This document shows positions 1 to 12,990 of a stretch of 64,000 nt of DNA, piece after piece. Below the pieces are notes generated by a model that was not told where the DNA came from, made no database searches, and saw only the letters and a list, made by a program, of their open reading frames with translations. Source of the stretch: Eledone cirrhosa (Eukaryota); contig OZ024743.1 of NCBI GenBank assembly GCA_964016885.1, positions 296,112,001 through 296,176,000 on the forward strand. The letters run 5' to 3'. How positions within the stretch are numbered: position 1 is the stretch's first letter; each line of letters begins with the position of its first letter. The translations under genes and the position numbers were made by a program.

Positions 1-861
1 TAATGAACTCGCCGAACTTTTAAAGCGTTGTAGCATACAAAGGCAGTACAGTGCAAATGAAGCTATTAAACAAACTGGAGATTCCAATTCACTCTACTAA
101 AGATTTACTTAATCGTCTGCACATTCGCTAATCGTCTGCTCATTCCATAAAAGGGAAATAATCGCCTATATCACCTCTCTGCATGACTGTCTGTCTGCAC
201 GCCTATATCACCTCTCTGCATGACTGTCTGTCTGCACGCCTATATCACCTCTCTGCACGACTGTCTGTCTGCACGCGTATATCACCTCTCTGCACGACTG
301 TCTGTCTGCACGACTGTCTGTCTGCACGCCTAACGAAATTTACAGATACATATATTTTAAATAAACTTATATAATTTTTGCTTTTTTTTACGAAATATTT
401 GCTTGTTTTACGTAGTCTTTAAATAGACTTGTTTTCAAGTAAAAATATTGTTTTAAAAGGCTTTTAAATGGAAATGAAGCAAAACGGAAGCTTAGTGTTC
501 GAACTGATGAATTTTGCAGGTCAAAATTTTGCTGGCTCGACAACTGTTCGTGTATTGTGTTAATGTCATTTTAAACGCTGAGAAAGCCAGCGTAATTTTT
601 TTAATTTTTGCACGCAGACGCTCAATGTAAACAGAACAAAGGGAAATAACTGATCACTTACGCTCAAAAATCGATACATTATATTCGATTTCGTCAGATA
701 GGGCGGGTCAATTTGAAATATTTTTTTTCCGATGTCTTCGCTAGGGCTCAATGTACAAGTATAGCAATTTCGGTGCAATTCCGTGAGAGATTCTAAGAGG
801 AGATGTGTGCCAAAAATCGATAGACAGACAGACAACCTCAGTTTTATATATATAGAATAGA
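1..861 (-). mobile_element. Probable non-autonomous Helitron-like element (5' end; the other end lies outside the window)
   Basis: Right end reads gacagacagacaacctcagttttatatatatagaatagat, the same terminal architecture (short microsatellite, T-run, (TA)n-GA|T) as the well-bounded Helitron at 8388-9128; carries an internal minisatellite. Confidence 0.45.
163..331. repeat. ~37-bp minisatellite (cgcctatatcacctctctgcatgactgtctgtctgca), ~4.5 copies
   Basis: Direct inspection. Confidence 0.9.
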
Positions 862-1516
862 TAACGAAATAAATAACCGGATAGTCAATGCATTTTTATT
901 GCAAGGATCACAGATAACTTTTTGATCATCCGCTTATTTGTGTGGAGTCAGTCATGGTTATTTCTTTTAACTACTTTGTTTGATATATTTATTATTTCGT
1001 ACTGTACAACCAGATTTTAGTAAATATTATCATTTGGAATATAGATGTTGGACTTTCCAGTTTCTTATGACTCACCCTGTAGGATAAATTATACACTTTA
1101 GAAAAAATGGCAGAATATAATAACGGATCCAATTTAGAAGGGAAATATCAGAATACAATAGAGAATACAATTTAGAAAGAATCATAGAATATGGAGAATT
1201 CTATTTATAAGAAAACACGGAAATGAATAAATATCAAGATTGTTGTTATAGGATATATAAGTAAGAAATATATAGAGAAAGAAAGAAAGAGTGACATAAA
1301 AAGTAAGAAAAAATAAAAGAAAGAAATTGAGAAAGTATTAAATTGAAAGTCCTATACGATATAAATATTCTACAATAATGTATAACTGAAGAATCTATCT
1401 GGTTTTACTATACCCGAACAATTTACGACCGTCCATATAAAAACGATGACGGATTTGTAATTGTTTATTTCTCTATTCAAATCCATTTTCTGTCTCTCGC
1501 AATATCAACGTCATCT

Positions 1517-1671
1517 GAATTAGGCACAATACAAACAAAAATGGCAACATACTATAATCTTGAATCCCTCTTCTTATTTGACTTTCACCCCAGAATTAGG
1601 CACAATACAAACAAAAAGGGCTACATACTATAATCTTGAATGATCCCTCTTCTTATTTGACTTTCACCCCA
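1517..1671. repeat. Tandem duplication of a ~76-bp unit
   Basis: gaattaggcacaatacaaacaaaaa...tttgactttcacccca occurs twice, head to tail. Confidence 0.9.
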
Positions 1672-2137
1672 GCACCTTTTCTGCCCTTGTCAAATCAGTC
1701 ATACACGTAAATATAGTCCTTCTGATGAAATCTTCTACGTCATTGACCAGACCTGTTCATGCTTGCTGCTAGCCAGGGGAGAGTTACATTAAACTGGTGT
1801 GTTATACAATCTTTTAGCCTTTTTCTTCATCGGTTAGTATTTGCTCTTTCCCAATTTTGACAAATTTTTAATTTAAAATACTGTGTAGCTGTAAGGCAAT
1901 TTTGTAGTTCAATGAACTCAATTGCCTAAACCAGTAACCTTGAGCACTATCAGACTTTGGCGCTTCCCAATTGGGCGTTCTAAGACTTTTCTTACTAACC
2001 GTCATTTTATCAAAGTATATATCATTTGGAGTTGTATGTCTCTTTTTCTCCCGTTTTAATTCTTCTAAACATTCAACTTTATATGTATGCTTTTGAAACA
2101 GCGAGCGAGTTTGAAAATAGAAATAAAAGCTTTCGCC

Positions 2138-2253
2138 GTATTTTTTACTAAAGAAATTTTAGCCTGATAGTGGGGTTTAGAACCCTCTAAGAAATGAAAA
2201 ATAAGATGTGTATTGACGTCAATATCAGGCTGAAATTTCTTTAGTCAAAAATA
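2138..2253. repeat. Inverted repeat, ~32-bp arms
   Basis: ctaaagaaattttagcctgata versus tatcaggctgaaatttctttag. Confidence 0.75.
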
Positions 2254-3356
2254 CAGTGAAAGATTCTAATTCGATTTTCAATTTTATATATCAGTCGACA
2301 GCAATAGATAATAGGTGACAAAAAAAAGATTTGACTCCAGTATATACTATGTTGTGCGACCGTGTAAAAGCTTGCTCCTATAATGGAATGTTCAGTTTGA
2401 TCCTGAGATAGATGGAGGTATAGTACTATTTCATAATGATTCTTGTCCTCTCTTCAGTAAAATATCGTAGGTTTTTCACTATTTAACCTGTTTTAATGGT
2501 CAAGTTCTTTATATATTGTGTTATTTTTACTATCCCCAAATATCATTCCCCTCTTACCTCCTTCTGCATCAGAAATTGCGTCTCCGTCCACATACTTTCA
2601 TTTAACTCTCAATATATTTTCTCTCCCATACTGATTGTACAGTTTCGTATTTACCGGTTTATTCGTTCTTCATACTGATTAACCACAGCCGACTTCGCAG
2701 TCATTTGTTTCAATTCTTCTATAGACATTATTAGGCTCTTGTTTTGTGTGTTATACTTCATACCTATGTTTCCCCATAGCCTTCACTTGCTGTTTCTTTC
2801 TTTTTTTTCCGAAACATTAATGCCTCTTCTCTCCTCAGCGCCTCTATATCCTAAATTATTATTCTTTATCAGCGTGCTTCATTATTTTTAGTATTCTTCC
2901 TTGTATCCCTCAGGCCTTTCTCATTTACTCTATATCTAATTCCAGCTATTAATGATGTTTTGTTTCATACCACGCAGTCGATGAATAAAAGTACTTCTAG
3001 ATTCACAAAAACTTTTACAAGCAATGGCTGCTGGACAGATATATGACACTCTCTAACCAAATCTAAGAAGTGTGTTCTAATACGCGTGTGGGTGGTAACC
3101 CTAAAGGTCCTCTATGTACTTTTTATATATCTTATTATATTTACTATTATTCTTTCGTATTTATTGATTCATTTATTTATTATAAGCCTATTATTCATAA
3201 TATAGCATCTTTGACCCAGCCCTCAGTTTTATATAATTTATTTTGCTCACACCCACGCGTTTCGTTTATGTTAACCCCCTCCGCCTTCTAGCTTATTTTA
3301 ACGGTTCATAGGATATTTATGAATGATGAAGCTAAATAAAGATACATTTACTATTA

Positions 3357-3557
3357 GGATTGGCAGAATCGGTAGCGTGTCCGACATCATGCTTTGCAGC
3401 ATAGAGTTACGACCCTTTATGTTCTGAGTTCAAAAACCCGCCAAGATTAACTTTGCTTTTCATCCTTACGGGGTCGATAAAATAAAGTACCAGTAACGCA
3501 CTGGGGTCGATTTAATCGACTTCCTCCTCCCCCAAAATTGCTGTCTTTTGTGCCAAT
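3357..3557 (+). mobile_element. tRNA-derived SINE, family A (Meta-domain-like core)
   Basis: A-box-like tggcagaatcggt, B-box-like gagttcaaa, core ctttcatccttacggggtcgataaaataaagtaccag, (ATT)n tail; many copies in the window. Confidence 0.85.
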
Positions 3558-3629
3558 TATTGTTATTATTATTATTATTATTCGATAATGAACTGGGTAT
3601 TTGCTGGCCTTGTGCCAAAAGTAGAAACA

Positions 3630-3664
<35 letters not shown>

Positions 3665-3665
<1 letters not shown>

Positions 3666-3850
3666 TCTCCACAAATGTCCCTCCCCTCCGAAGTCTCCCC
3701 CCTATTGGGGAATTTTTCATTGTTATTTTTTTTGTTACATCCTCTGTTTTTGTTTTTACACGCAGAAATGCCCATTTGTACCGTCCTGTATTGTCCTGCA
3801 CTGTCCTTAATGTCTACTTTATGTAAACCCTTGTGGTTAATAAAGAAATC
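3665..3850 (+). mobile_element. Isolated 3' UTR of an L1/Tx1-type LINE between (ATT)n tracts
   Basis: Ends cccttgtggttaataaagaaatc(att)n, matching the 3' end of the Tx1 fragment near 9560-9588. Confidence 0.6.
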
Positions 3851-3856
3851 ATTATT

Positions 3857-3906
<50 letters not shown>

Positions 3907-4477
3907 CATTTTTATCTTTATCACCATCATTGTCATCTTTATTATTATCATCACAATTACCATCGTCACCACCATCATCATCACCACGACCATCAACATC
4001 CTCCTCCTCCTCCTCCTCCTCCTCACCATTATCTTCACAATCTTCAACATATTCACTATCATCATCACCATCATCGTCATAACTATCATCATCTACAAAA
4101 GCATTATTATTTACATCACCATCACCATCACCATCACACTCACACTCACACTCACCAACACTACCATCATCCTTATCATCACTATTATCATCATCATCAC
4201 CATCATCTTCACTACCCTCACCATCACTACCACCATCATCATCACCATCCTCATCATAATCATCAACACTACTCACGGTATCACCACCATCACCAGCGCC
4301 ACCATTATCATCATCATCATCATTAATACAATCATCACTACTCTCACCATCATCACCAGCATCAGCGTCACTATCATCATCATTATCATCACTACCTTCC
4401 TCATCATCAGCAGCATCCGCACCACTACCACCACCATCATCATCATCATCATCATCATCGCCATCATTATCATCACG

Positions 4478-4510
<33 letters not shown>

Positions 4511-6015
4511 GCCATCCACATCATCATCACTACCACCATCACTACCACCATCATCATCATCATCATCATCATCTTCATCATCACCACCACCAACATTATC
4601 ATCATCACCACCACCACCACCACTACCATCATCATCATCATCATTGTTATTATCATCATCGCCGTCATTATCATCATGACCACCATCATCATCATCATCA
4701 TCATCATCACCATCATCATCAGCGTCATCACCCCCGCCACCACCCCACACCGACCACTACCATCAGCTTCATCATCACCATCATCATCCCCACCAACACC
4801 ACCACCATCGTCATCATCATCATCATCATCATTGTCGTCGTCATCATCACCGCCAACACCACCACCATCATCATCACCACCACCATTACCATCATCATCG
4901 TCATTATCATCACCGCCACGACTACCATCGCCATCATCACCATCACCATCATCACCCCCCCCCCCCACCATACCACCACCATCACCACCACCACCACCAC
5001 GACTACCACCACCATTACAACTACCACCACCACCACCACTACCATCACCATCACCATTACCATCATCATCACCCCTACCATACCACCACCACCACCACCA
5101 CCACCATCACCACCACCACCACCACGACTACCACTACCACCATCACCATCATCATCATCACCATCATCATCATCACCCCCATCATACCACCACCACACCA
5201 CCACGACTACCACCACCATTACCATTACCATCACCATCATCACCCCCAACACCATCACCACTACCACCACCACCACCATCACCGCTACCACCACCACAGC
5301 ACCCCCAACACCATCACCACTACCACCATCACCACTACCACCATCACCATCACCATCATCATCATCATCATCACCCCCACCATACCCCATACCACCACCA
5401 CCACGACCATCATCACCACTACTACCACCACCACTACCACCACCACTACCACCACCACCACCATCATCACCATCATCATCACCATCCCTACCATACCACC
5501 ACCACCACCACCACGACCATCATCACCACCACTACCACCACCACCACCACCACTACCACCACCACCACCATCACCATCATCATCATCATCATCCCCACCA
5601 TACCACCACCACCACCACCACCACCACCATCATCACCACCACTACCACCACCACTACCACCACCACTACCACCACCACCACCATCATCACCATCATCATC
5701 ACCATCCCTACCATACCACCACCACCACCACGACCATCATCACCACCACTACCACCACCACCACCACCACCACTACCACCACCACCACCATCACCATCAT
5801 CATCATCATCATCCCCACCATACCACCACCACCACCACCACGACCATCATCACCACCACTACCACCACCACTACCACCACTACCACCACCACCACCACCA
5901 CCACCACCACCACCACCACCACCACCATCATCATCACCATCCCCACCATACCACCACCACCACCACCACCACGACCATCATCACCACCACTACCACCACC
6001 ACTACCACCACCACC

Positions 6016-6046
<31 letters not shown>
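3851..6046. repeat. Compound trinucleotide low-complexity tract (ATT/CAT/CAC)n
   Basis: Direct inspection; explains the poly-D/G/I/T/H/P ORFs in several frames. Confidence 0.95.
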
Positions 6047-6047
<1 letters not shown>

Positions 6048-6349
6048 ATTTATGTATGACTTACACCCAAAACTACTTGCTCAGTCCTCCTAGTCTGTCT
6101 GGTGCCATTGTTATCAAGGTTGCTTGCCGCGTTTTTCGCCAACGTCTCATTGTAGTCGTTTCATACGTTAATTATTCAATCTTTTATTTGGCATGTTTAT
6201 GTACTTTAATAAATCTTTAATACATGCTATACACCACTTTTAAGCTGGCTTTTATTTCCTTCCTACTTTTCTTGCCTTCCTCTAACAATTGAAATGCTTC
6301 TATTATTTTATTTCTCTTGAATTATTTTATTTTATTTCATTCTAATTAT

Positions 6350-7425
6350 CGTTTTGTTGCTGTTGTTGCTGTCTTAGTCGACGGTATTGTGGTTGTGGTT
6401 GATCTTGTGGTGATAGTAGTTGTTGTTGCTGCTGTTTTTTGCTGTTGTTGTTCTTCTTCGTCTTTTCTTCTTCTCTTTCTTCTTTTCTTCTTCTTATTCT
6501 CCTTTTTTTCTTCTTTTCTTCTTCTTCTTCTTCTTCTTCTTCTTCTTCTTCTTCTTCTTCTTCTTCTTCTTCTACTTCTTCTTCTTGATGTTCTTGTTGT
6601 TGCAGGCTTAGCCGTATATTATTGTAGTTGTAGTTGCTCTTGTGGCAGTTGTTATTATTGTTTTACTGTTCTTTATTCTTGTCATCGTCGTTGTCGTTGT
6701 TGTTGTTCTCGTTGTTGTTGTTGTTGTTGTTGTTGTTGTCGTCGTTGCTGTTGTTGTTGTTGTCGTCGTTGGCGTCTGTCGTCGTTGTTGTCGTTGTTGC
6801 TGTCATTGTTTTTGTAGTCGTTGTTGTTGTTGTAGCTGTTGTTGTTGCTGTCGTTGTTGTTATTGTTGTCGTCGTTATTGTTGTCGTCGTTGTTGTCGCT
6901 GCTGTCGTTGTCGTTGTTGTTGTTGTTGTTGTTGTCGTCGCTGTTGTTGTCGTTGTTATAGCTGTTGTCGTTGTTGTTATTGTTGTCGTCGTTGTTGTTG
7001 TCGTCGTTGTTGTTGTTGTTGCTGTCGTCGTTGTTGTTGTTGTTGTTGTTAGTGTTGTCGTTGTTGTTGTTGTCGCTGCTGTCGTTGTCGTTGTTGTTGT
7101 TGTCGTCGTCGTCGTTGTTGTTGTTGTCGTCCACGTTGTTGTTGTTGTTGTTGTTTGTCTCATATATTTTCCTCGTTGTTTGTCCTTCTCGTGACTATTG
7201 TTATGTATATTACAAAGATGTTTATATGTATTAGTTTTTGCTGGGATGACTTTAGCTGTAGATTCTCGTTCTACATACTTGGATTGGAATGGAAGCTATA
7301 TTTATTATCCCTGGTTCCTATTTCTTCTTTACGTTGTATTTTTTATTGTATCCTATGTTACCATTTATTTCTTCTGTCTTTCTTTCTTTTACTTATTCTT
7401 CTACTTCTTTTCCTTCCACTGCTAT

Positions 7426-7492
<67 letters not shown>

Positions 7493-7565
7493 GCTACTAC
7501 TACTACACCACCACCACCATCACCACCACCACCATCACCACCACCACTACTACTACTACTACTAC
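6350..7565. repeat. Compound microsatellites (GTT/GTC)n, (CTT)n, (TAC)n, (CAC)n
   Basis: Direct inspection. Confidence 0.95.
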
Positions 7566-7583
7566 TTTTGCTATTGTAATAAT

Positions 7584-8015
7584 GTGGTGGCTTGGAAGAA
7601 TTGGTAGAGCGTCGGAGACCACGGTTTTGCAGCATAGAGTTACGGTCCTTTACGGTCTGAGTTCGAATCACGCCGAGGTTAGCTTTGCCTTTCATCCTGT
7701 AGTAATACACTGGCATCGATTTAATCGACTTTCTTCAAATTGCTGGCCTTGTGCCTAAAGTAGAAACAATTATTATTATCATTACTTTATTATTAAGGGT
7801 GGTGGATTGGCAGAATCGGTAGAGCGTCGGACACCATGCTTTGCAGCATAGAGTTACGGCCCTGTACGGTCTGAGTGCAAATCCCGTCGAGGTTAACTTT
7901 GCCTTTCATCGTTACAGGATCGATAAAATAAAACACCAATAATTCACTGGGTTCGATTTAATCGACTTCCCCCTCCTCCAAATTGCTGGTATTGTGCCTA
8001 AATCAGAAACCATTA
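7584..8015 (+). mobile_element. Two tandem SINE family A copies (~7584-7772 and ~7796-8015)
   Basis: Same head, core and tail as 3357-3557. Confidence 0.85.
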
Positions 8016-8029
8016 TTATAACTACTACT

Positions 8030-9588
8030 TCCCTTGCCCCGTTTGCGCCTCGCCAACTTGGAACGGCTCCTCTTCAAATTCTTGTGGAGGGGTCAGGTTC
8101 CGTTGGTGAGGCGGTCCATCTGCTGCCAGCACCCTCTATGTGGAGGGCTGGGCATGCCGTGGCTAATGATGCGCAGATACGCGCTAAGGCTGCGGCATCT
8201 CCAGATATTCTGCCTAAACGGTGAACAGGTGTGGCCGCAGCTCGTCTCTTTGAATGAGCTGCAGTCCTGGGTCAAGAAGAGACCGAGACTGGGTGACTGG
8301 CATCTGGAATGTTGCCAGACACTCACTGCCCTCTACCAGGCGGGCAATGTGGTCAGTGGAACTTCCACTCTCGAGTTCTATAGAGGACTAGCAGATTTAC
8401 CCGGCGTTGCCCGAAGTTTGAAATTATGCTAAGAATATACAGCTAGGAAGTAAAAGAAGAAAATTATTTGTCGCTAACCTGTCAAAATAAGCAGAAGTCT
8501 TCAATAATTAATGCAAACGAATATTTAGTGCAATCTTTGTACACATAAATCTATGCTGATAATGAAGGAAAATATTGTTTTAACTGATTTCTTCATTGTA
8601 ATAATAGTTTGTTTAATAAATTCACAATACCCTGGAAGCATAGATAATGCCTGCCTCAAATGTGGACGAAATTACTTTAAAAATGTAAAAGTTGTAGGTC
8701 CCAACGGTTTGAATGGAAAGTCCCATAAGGATTGTTTTTAGATTGATTTCTCCCTTACAGCATACACTTTAGAAAAAATAATCTTCTTGTATTACCTCGA
8801 CGGCATAGGCAATGCCTGACTCACATTTGGTAAAAAAAGCTCAAAAAATATAAAAGTAATTGCAACTTTTAATTTGCTTAGAAAATCCCAGAAGGATTTT
8901 GTCTTCATTGTTATCTCCCTTACATCATGCACTTTAGAAAAAAAAATGTTGCTATCGATTTTTTATTGCTCAACGTGGGTTGATTTGAAAAAAATTGTGA
9001 GGTGACCATCTTAGCGAGAGGTGCAACGTGCACAGAAAATTTGGTCAAATTCGGTTGGGAATTGTAAAAGCCTTAGGTGTCCAAATTTGTCCACAGACAC
9101 ACACACATCCTCGCTTTTAATATATAGATTAGTGGTGGGAGAGTGCGACGACGCACTCGGAGAGGCTCTGGGCGTCGACGAAGTCGTACTAACCAGTTGT
9201 TCTGGAGAACTTTCGAACCGGGGACAATGGATAATTTCCAAAAATCCCTCGCTTGGCAGTGCTACCGGGGGGCATTGCCGGTTCGAGATAAACTCGGTCT
9301 GGTGGCAGTAGTGAAAGAGGTTGAATGGTGGACTAGCTTGAAAGGACTGAAGACAGACACTTTTCTCTTCGGCCATTCCCCCATCAACTGGAATGGTGGG
9401 GTACCTGAGCGAACCCTGGGTGGTCATCCCCCCCCCCTTTATTGAGGAATGTTTATTGTATTTTTATTGTTACTTTGTTAATGTTATTCATATTGTTTAC
9501 TCGATTTTTCTGTAAAACCCCACTGTCCCAGTCTTTTGTATTGTCCCCTATATGTCGACCCTTGTGGTCAATAAATGAAATCATTATT
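8030..9588 (+). mobile_element. 5'-truncated, decayed L1/Tx1-clade LINE (post-RT region plus 3' UTR), split by a Helitron
   Basis: Translates LERLLFKFLWRGQVPLVRRSICCQHPLCGGLGMPWL, typical of the L1/Tx1 ORF2 C-terminal region; homologous to the copy at 57800-58310; ends gaaatcattatt. Confidence 0.8.
8388..9128 (-). mobile_element. Non-autonomous Helitron (~740 bp)
   Basis: Minus strand starts TC and ends CTAG, with a GC-rich imperfect hairpin (cgggcaacgccggg) just before the end; inserted at A|T with no TSD; removing it restores the Tx1 reading FYRGLVVGEC seen uninterrupted at ~58160. Confidence 0.85.
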
Positions 9589-9830
9589 CGCCATGCTTTC
9601 CAGCATAGTTACGTCCCTTTACGATCTGAGTTCAAATCCCGCCGAGGTTGACTTTGCCTTTCACCCTTACGGGGTCGATAAAATAAAGTACCAGTAATGC
9701 ACTGGGTAATTGCTGGCCTTGTGCCTAAAGTAGAAACAATTATTATAACTACTACGGGGTCGATAAAATAAAGTACCAGTAATGCACTGGGTAATTGCTG
9801 GCCTTGTGCCAAACGTAGAAACAATTATTA
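9589..9830 (+). mobile_element. 5'-truncated SINE A with a duplicated 3' half
   Basis: tacggggtcgataaaataaagtaccag...tagaaacaattatta occurs twice. Confidence 0.8.
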
Positions 9831-10067
9831 TAACTACTACTACTACGACGACGACTACTACTACTACTAGTACTACTATTACAATACATTGATAGTAATT
9901 TCCCATATACAATCGCATATATTTGTACACACATATAAGTACGGAGAGAAATTGCCTAATATACACATTCATATAAATATACATATACATCACACATATA
10001 CATCATACACATACGCACACAACGAGAACTGTGAAGCCACACGCATAAACAAAACGAAAGTTGAGGC

Positions 10068-10122
<55 letters not shown>

Positions 10123-10348
10123 TCCAACACCACAACCCCCACACAAAACAACCGCACACAACACCTAACAAAACCACAAAACACCAGAAAACATCACACC
10201 ACACCTACCAACGCAACACAGCCACACAAAGCCCGACTCCACAACACAAAGCCATATAACATCACACCACATCACACAACCCTACACAACACAACGCGCT
10301 AAATGTACTATCAGCATTGCAATTGTTCAATCATTGTAATCAACGATA

Positions 10349-10950
10349 AGGCGGTGGATTGGCAGTATCGGTAGGGCGTCAGACACCATGCTTGACAGCA
10401 TGGAGTTATGGCCCTTTACGTTCTGAGTTCAAATCCCACCGAGGTTAACTATCGGTAGAGCGTCAGACACCATGCTTTGGAGCATAGAGTTAAGGCATTT
10501 TACGTTCTGAGTTCAAATCCCACCGAGGTTAACTATCAGTAAAGTGTCAGACACCATGCTTGGCAGCATAGAGTTATGGCCCTTTACGTTCTGAGCTCAA
10601 ATCCCACCGAGGTTAACTATCGGTAGAGCGTCAGACACCATGCTTTGCAGCATAGAGTTATGGTCCTTTACGTTCTATGTTCAAATCCCACCGAGGTTAA
10701 CTATCGGTAGGGGGTCAGACGCCATGGTTTCCAACATAGAGTTACGTCCCTTTACGGTCTGAGTTCAAATCCAGCCGAAGTTGACTTTGCCTTTCATCCT
10801 TACGGGGGTCGATAGACTAAAGTACCAGTAATGAACTGGGGTATTTGCTGGCCTTGTGCCAAAAGTAGAAACAATTATAATAAGCAATATATGTTTCTAC
10901 TTTTGGCACAAGGCCAGCAATAATCCAGTTCATTACTGGTACTTTATTTT
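10349..10950 (+). mobile_element. SINE A with five tandem ~84-bp head units, followed by an inverted 3' tail
   Basis: tatcggtag..gtcagacaccatg...gagttcaaatcccaccgaggttaac units start at ~10367, 10450, 10534, 10618 and 10702; reverse-complement tail at ~10892-10950. Confidence 0.85.
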
Positions 10951-11183
10951 ATAGTTATTTACATCATGATAATGTTGTTTTTTCGATAGTCAACGTTTAC
11001 CGCCAACTACTTTCCTTTATTTTCTTGTTATATCATCCCTTTCCGTGTCGTTTGTATTTATGTTTTCAATTTCCTTCATTCTTCCGCCTCTCTACTTGAT
11101 TCTCCTCTTACACCTCCTCTTCTACATCATCATCATCATCATCATCACAATCATCACAATCATCATCATTATTCTCCTTCTAT

Positions 11184-11338
11184 AAGGGTGGTGGATTGGC
11201 AGTATCAGTAGATGGTCGTACGCCATGCTTTCCAGCATAGTTACGGCCCTTTACGGTCTGAGTTCAAATCCCGCCGAGGTTAACTTTGCCTTTCATCTTT
11301 ACGGGGTCGATAAAATAAAGTACCAGTAATGAACTGGG
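11184..11338 (+). mobile_element. SINE A copy
   Basis: Head and core match the family. Confidence 0.85.
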
Positions 11339-11389
11339 TCATTGGTAAAGTACCAATAATAAAGTACCAATAATGAACTGGTGGTGATT

Positions 11390-11417
11390 GTGTGTTATTG
11401 ATGTTATTGCTGTTGAT

Positions 11418-11452
<35 letters not shown>

Positions 11453-12990
11453 CGGTGTTGGTGTCGGTGTCGGTGTTGGTGATGTTGCTTGTGATGGTAG
11501 CTCTGTTGTTGGTTGTGCTGCTGCTGGTGGTGGTGGTGGTGGTGCTGCTGTTGCTAGTGCTGCTACTGGTGCTAGTGCTGCTGCTGTTGTTGTTGGTGGT
11601 GCTGGTGCTGTTGGTACTGTTGGTGCTGTTGATGCTGCTGTTAGTGCTGTTGAGGCTGCTGGTGATGTTGATGCTGCTGTTGGTGCTGTTGGTGCTGGTG
11701 TTGGTGCTGTTAGTGATGTTGGTGCTGTTGCTGCTGTCGGTGCTGCTGGTGGTGCTGTTAGTGCTGTTGGTGCTGTTAGTGCTGTTGGTGCTGCTGTTGG
11801 TGCTGTCGGTGCTGCTGTTGGTGCTGTTAGTGCTGTTGGTGCTGCTGTTGGTGCTGTCGGTGCTGCTGTTGGTGCTGTTAGTGCTGTTGGTGCTGTTGGT
11901 GCTGTCGGTGCTGCTGTTGGTGCTGTTAGTGCTGTTGGTGCTGCTGTTGGTGCTGTCGGTGCTGCTTTTGGTGCTGTTGGTGCTGTTGGTGCTGTTGATG
12001 CTGCTGTTGGTGCTGTTGGTGCTGTTGGTGCTGTTGGTGCTGTTGATGCTGTTGGTGCTGTTGGTGCTGTTGGTGCTGTTGGTCCTGGTGTTGGTGTTGT
12101 TGGTGCTGCTGTTGGTGCTGTTGGTGCTGTTGGTGCTGTTGGTGCTGCTGTTGGTGCTGTTGGTGTTGTTGGTGCTGTTGGTGTTGTTGGTGCTGTTGGT
12201 GCTGATGGTGCTGTTGGTGCTGCTGTTGGTGCTGTTGGTGCTGTTGTTGGTGCTGTTGGTGCTGTTGGTGCTGTTGTTGGTGCTGTTGGTGCTGTTGGTG
12301 CTGCTGTTGGTGCTGTTGGTGCTGTTGTTGGTGCTGATGGTGCTGTTGGTGCTGCTGTTGGTGCTGTTGGTGCTGTTGGTGCTGCTGTTGGTGCTGTTGG
12401 TGCTGTTGTTGGTGCTGTTGGTGCTGTTGGTGCTGTTGGTGCTGCTGTTGGTGCTGTTGGTGCTGTTGGTGCTGTTGGTGCTGTTGGTGCTGTTGGTGCT
12501 GTTGGTGCTGCTGTTGGTGCTGTTGGTGCTGCTGTTGGTGCTGTTGGTGCTGCTGTTGGTGCTGTTGGTGCTGTTGGTGCTGTTGGTGCTGCTGTTGGTG
12601 CTGTTGGTGCTGTTGGTGCTGTTGGTGCTGCTGTTGGTGCTGTTGGTGCTGTTGGTGCTGCTGTTGGTGCTGTTGGTGCTGTTGGTGCTGTTGATGCTGT
12701 TGGTGCTGATGAAGAGGATAATATTGATGGTGAAGATAATGAAGATGATGAAGGTGATATCGATGATGATGATGATAACGAAGAGGAGGGAAAGGCGGTT
12801 GAGTATGATAGAGAAGGTATTAATGTGATGGAGATGGGGGGGGCTGTTGGCGATTATGGTGATGTGGATGATCATTAGGAGTATGAGAATTATAATCGTG
12901 AGGATGATGATGATGATGATGGTGATGGCGGTGGTGGTGTTTAATTATGATAATGATGATATTGCTGAAGGTGGTGATGGTAACAATAAA
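11390..12990. repeat. (GGTGCTGTT)n-type minisatellite grading into (GAT)n low complexity
   Basis: Direct inspection. Confidence 0.95.

Noticed and set aside
1063-1081. Tc1/mariner-like terminus (…gactcaccctgta)
   Set aside because: No partner TIR found in the window.
3578-6220. Long Asp/Gly-, Ile/Thr- and His/Pro-rich ORFs (up to 795 aa)
   Set aside because: Several frames on both strands are open because trinucleotide repeats lack stops; there is no domain, and one ORF ends inside a SINE tail.
11280-12878. (NST)n mucin-like and (GAV)n elastin-like ORFs
   Set aside because: A 9-bp minisatellite open in several frames; the minus ORF ends inside a SINE, and there is no splice or domain support.
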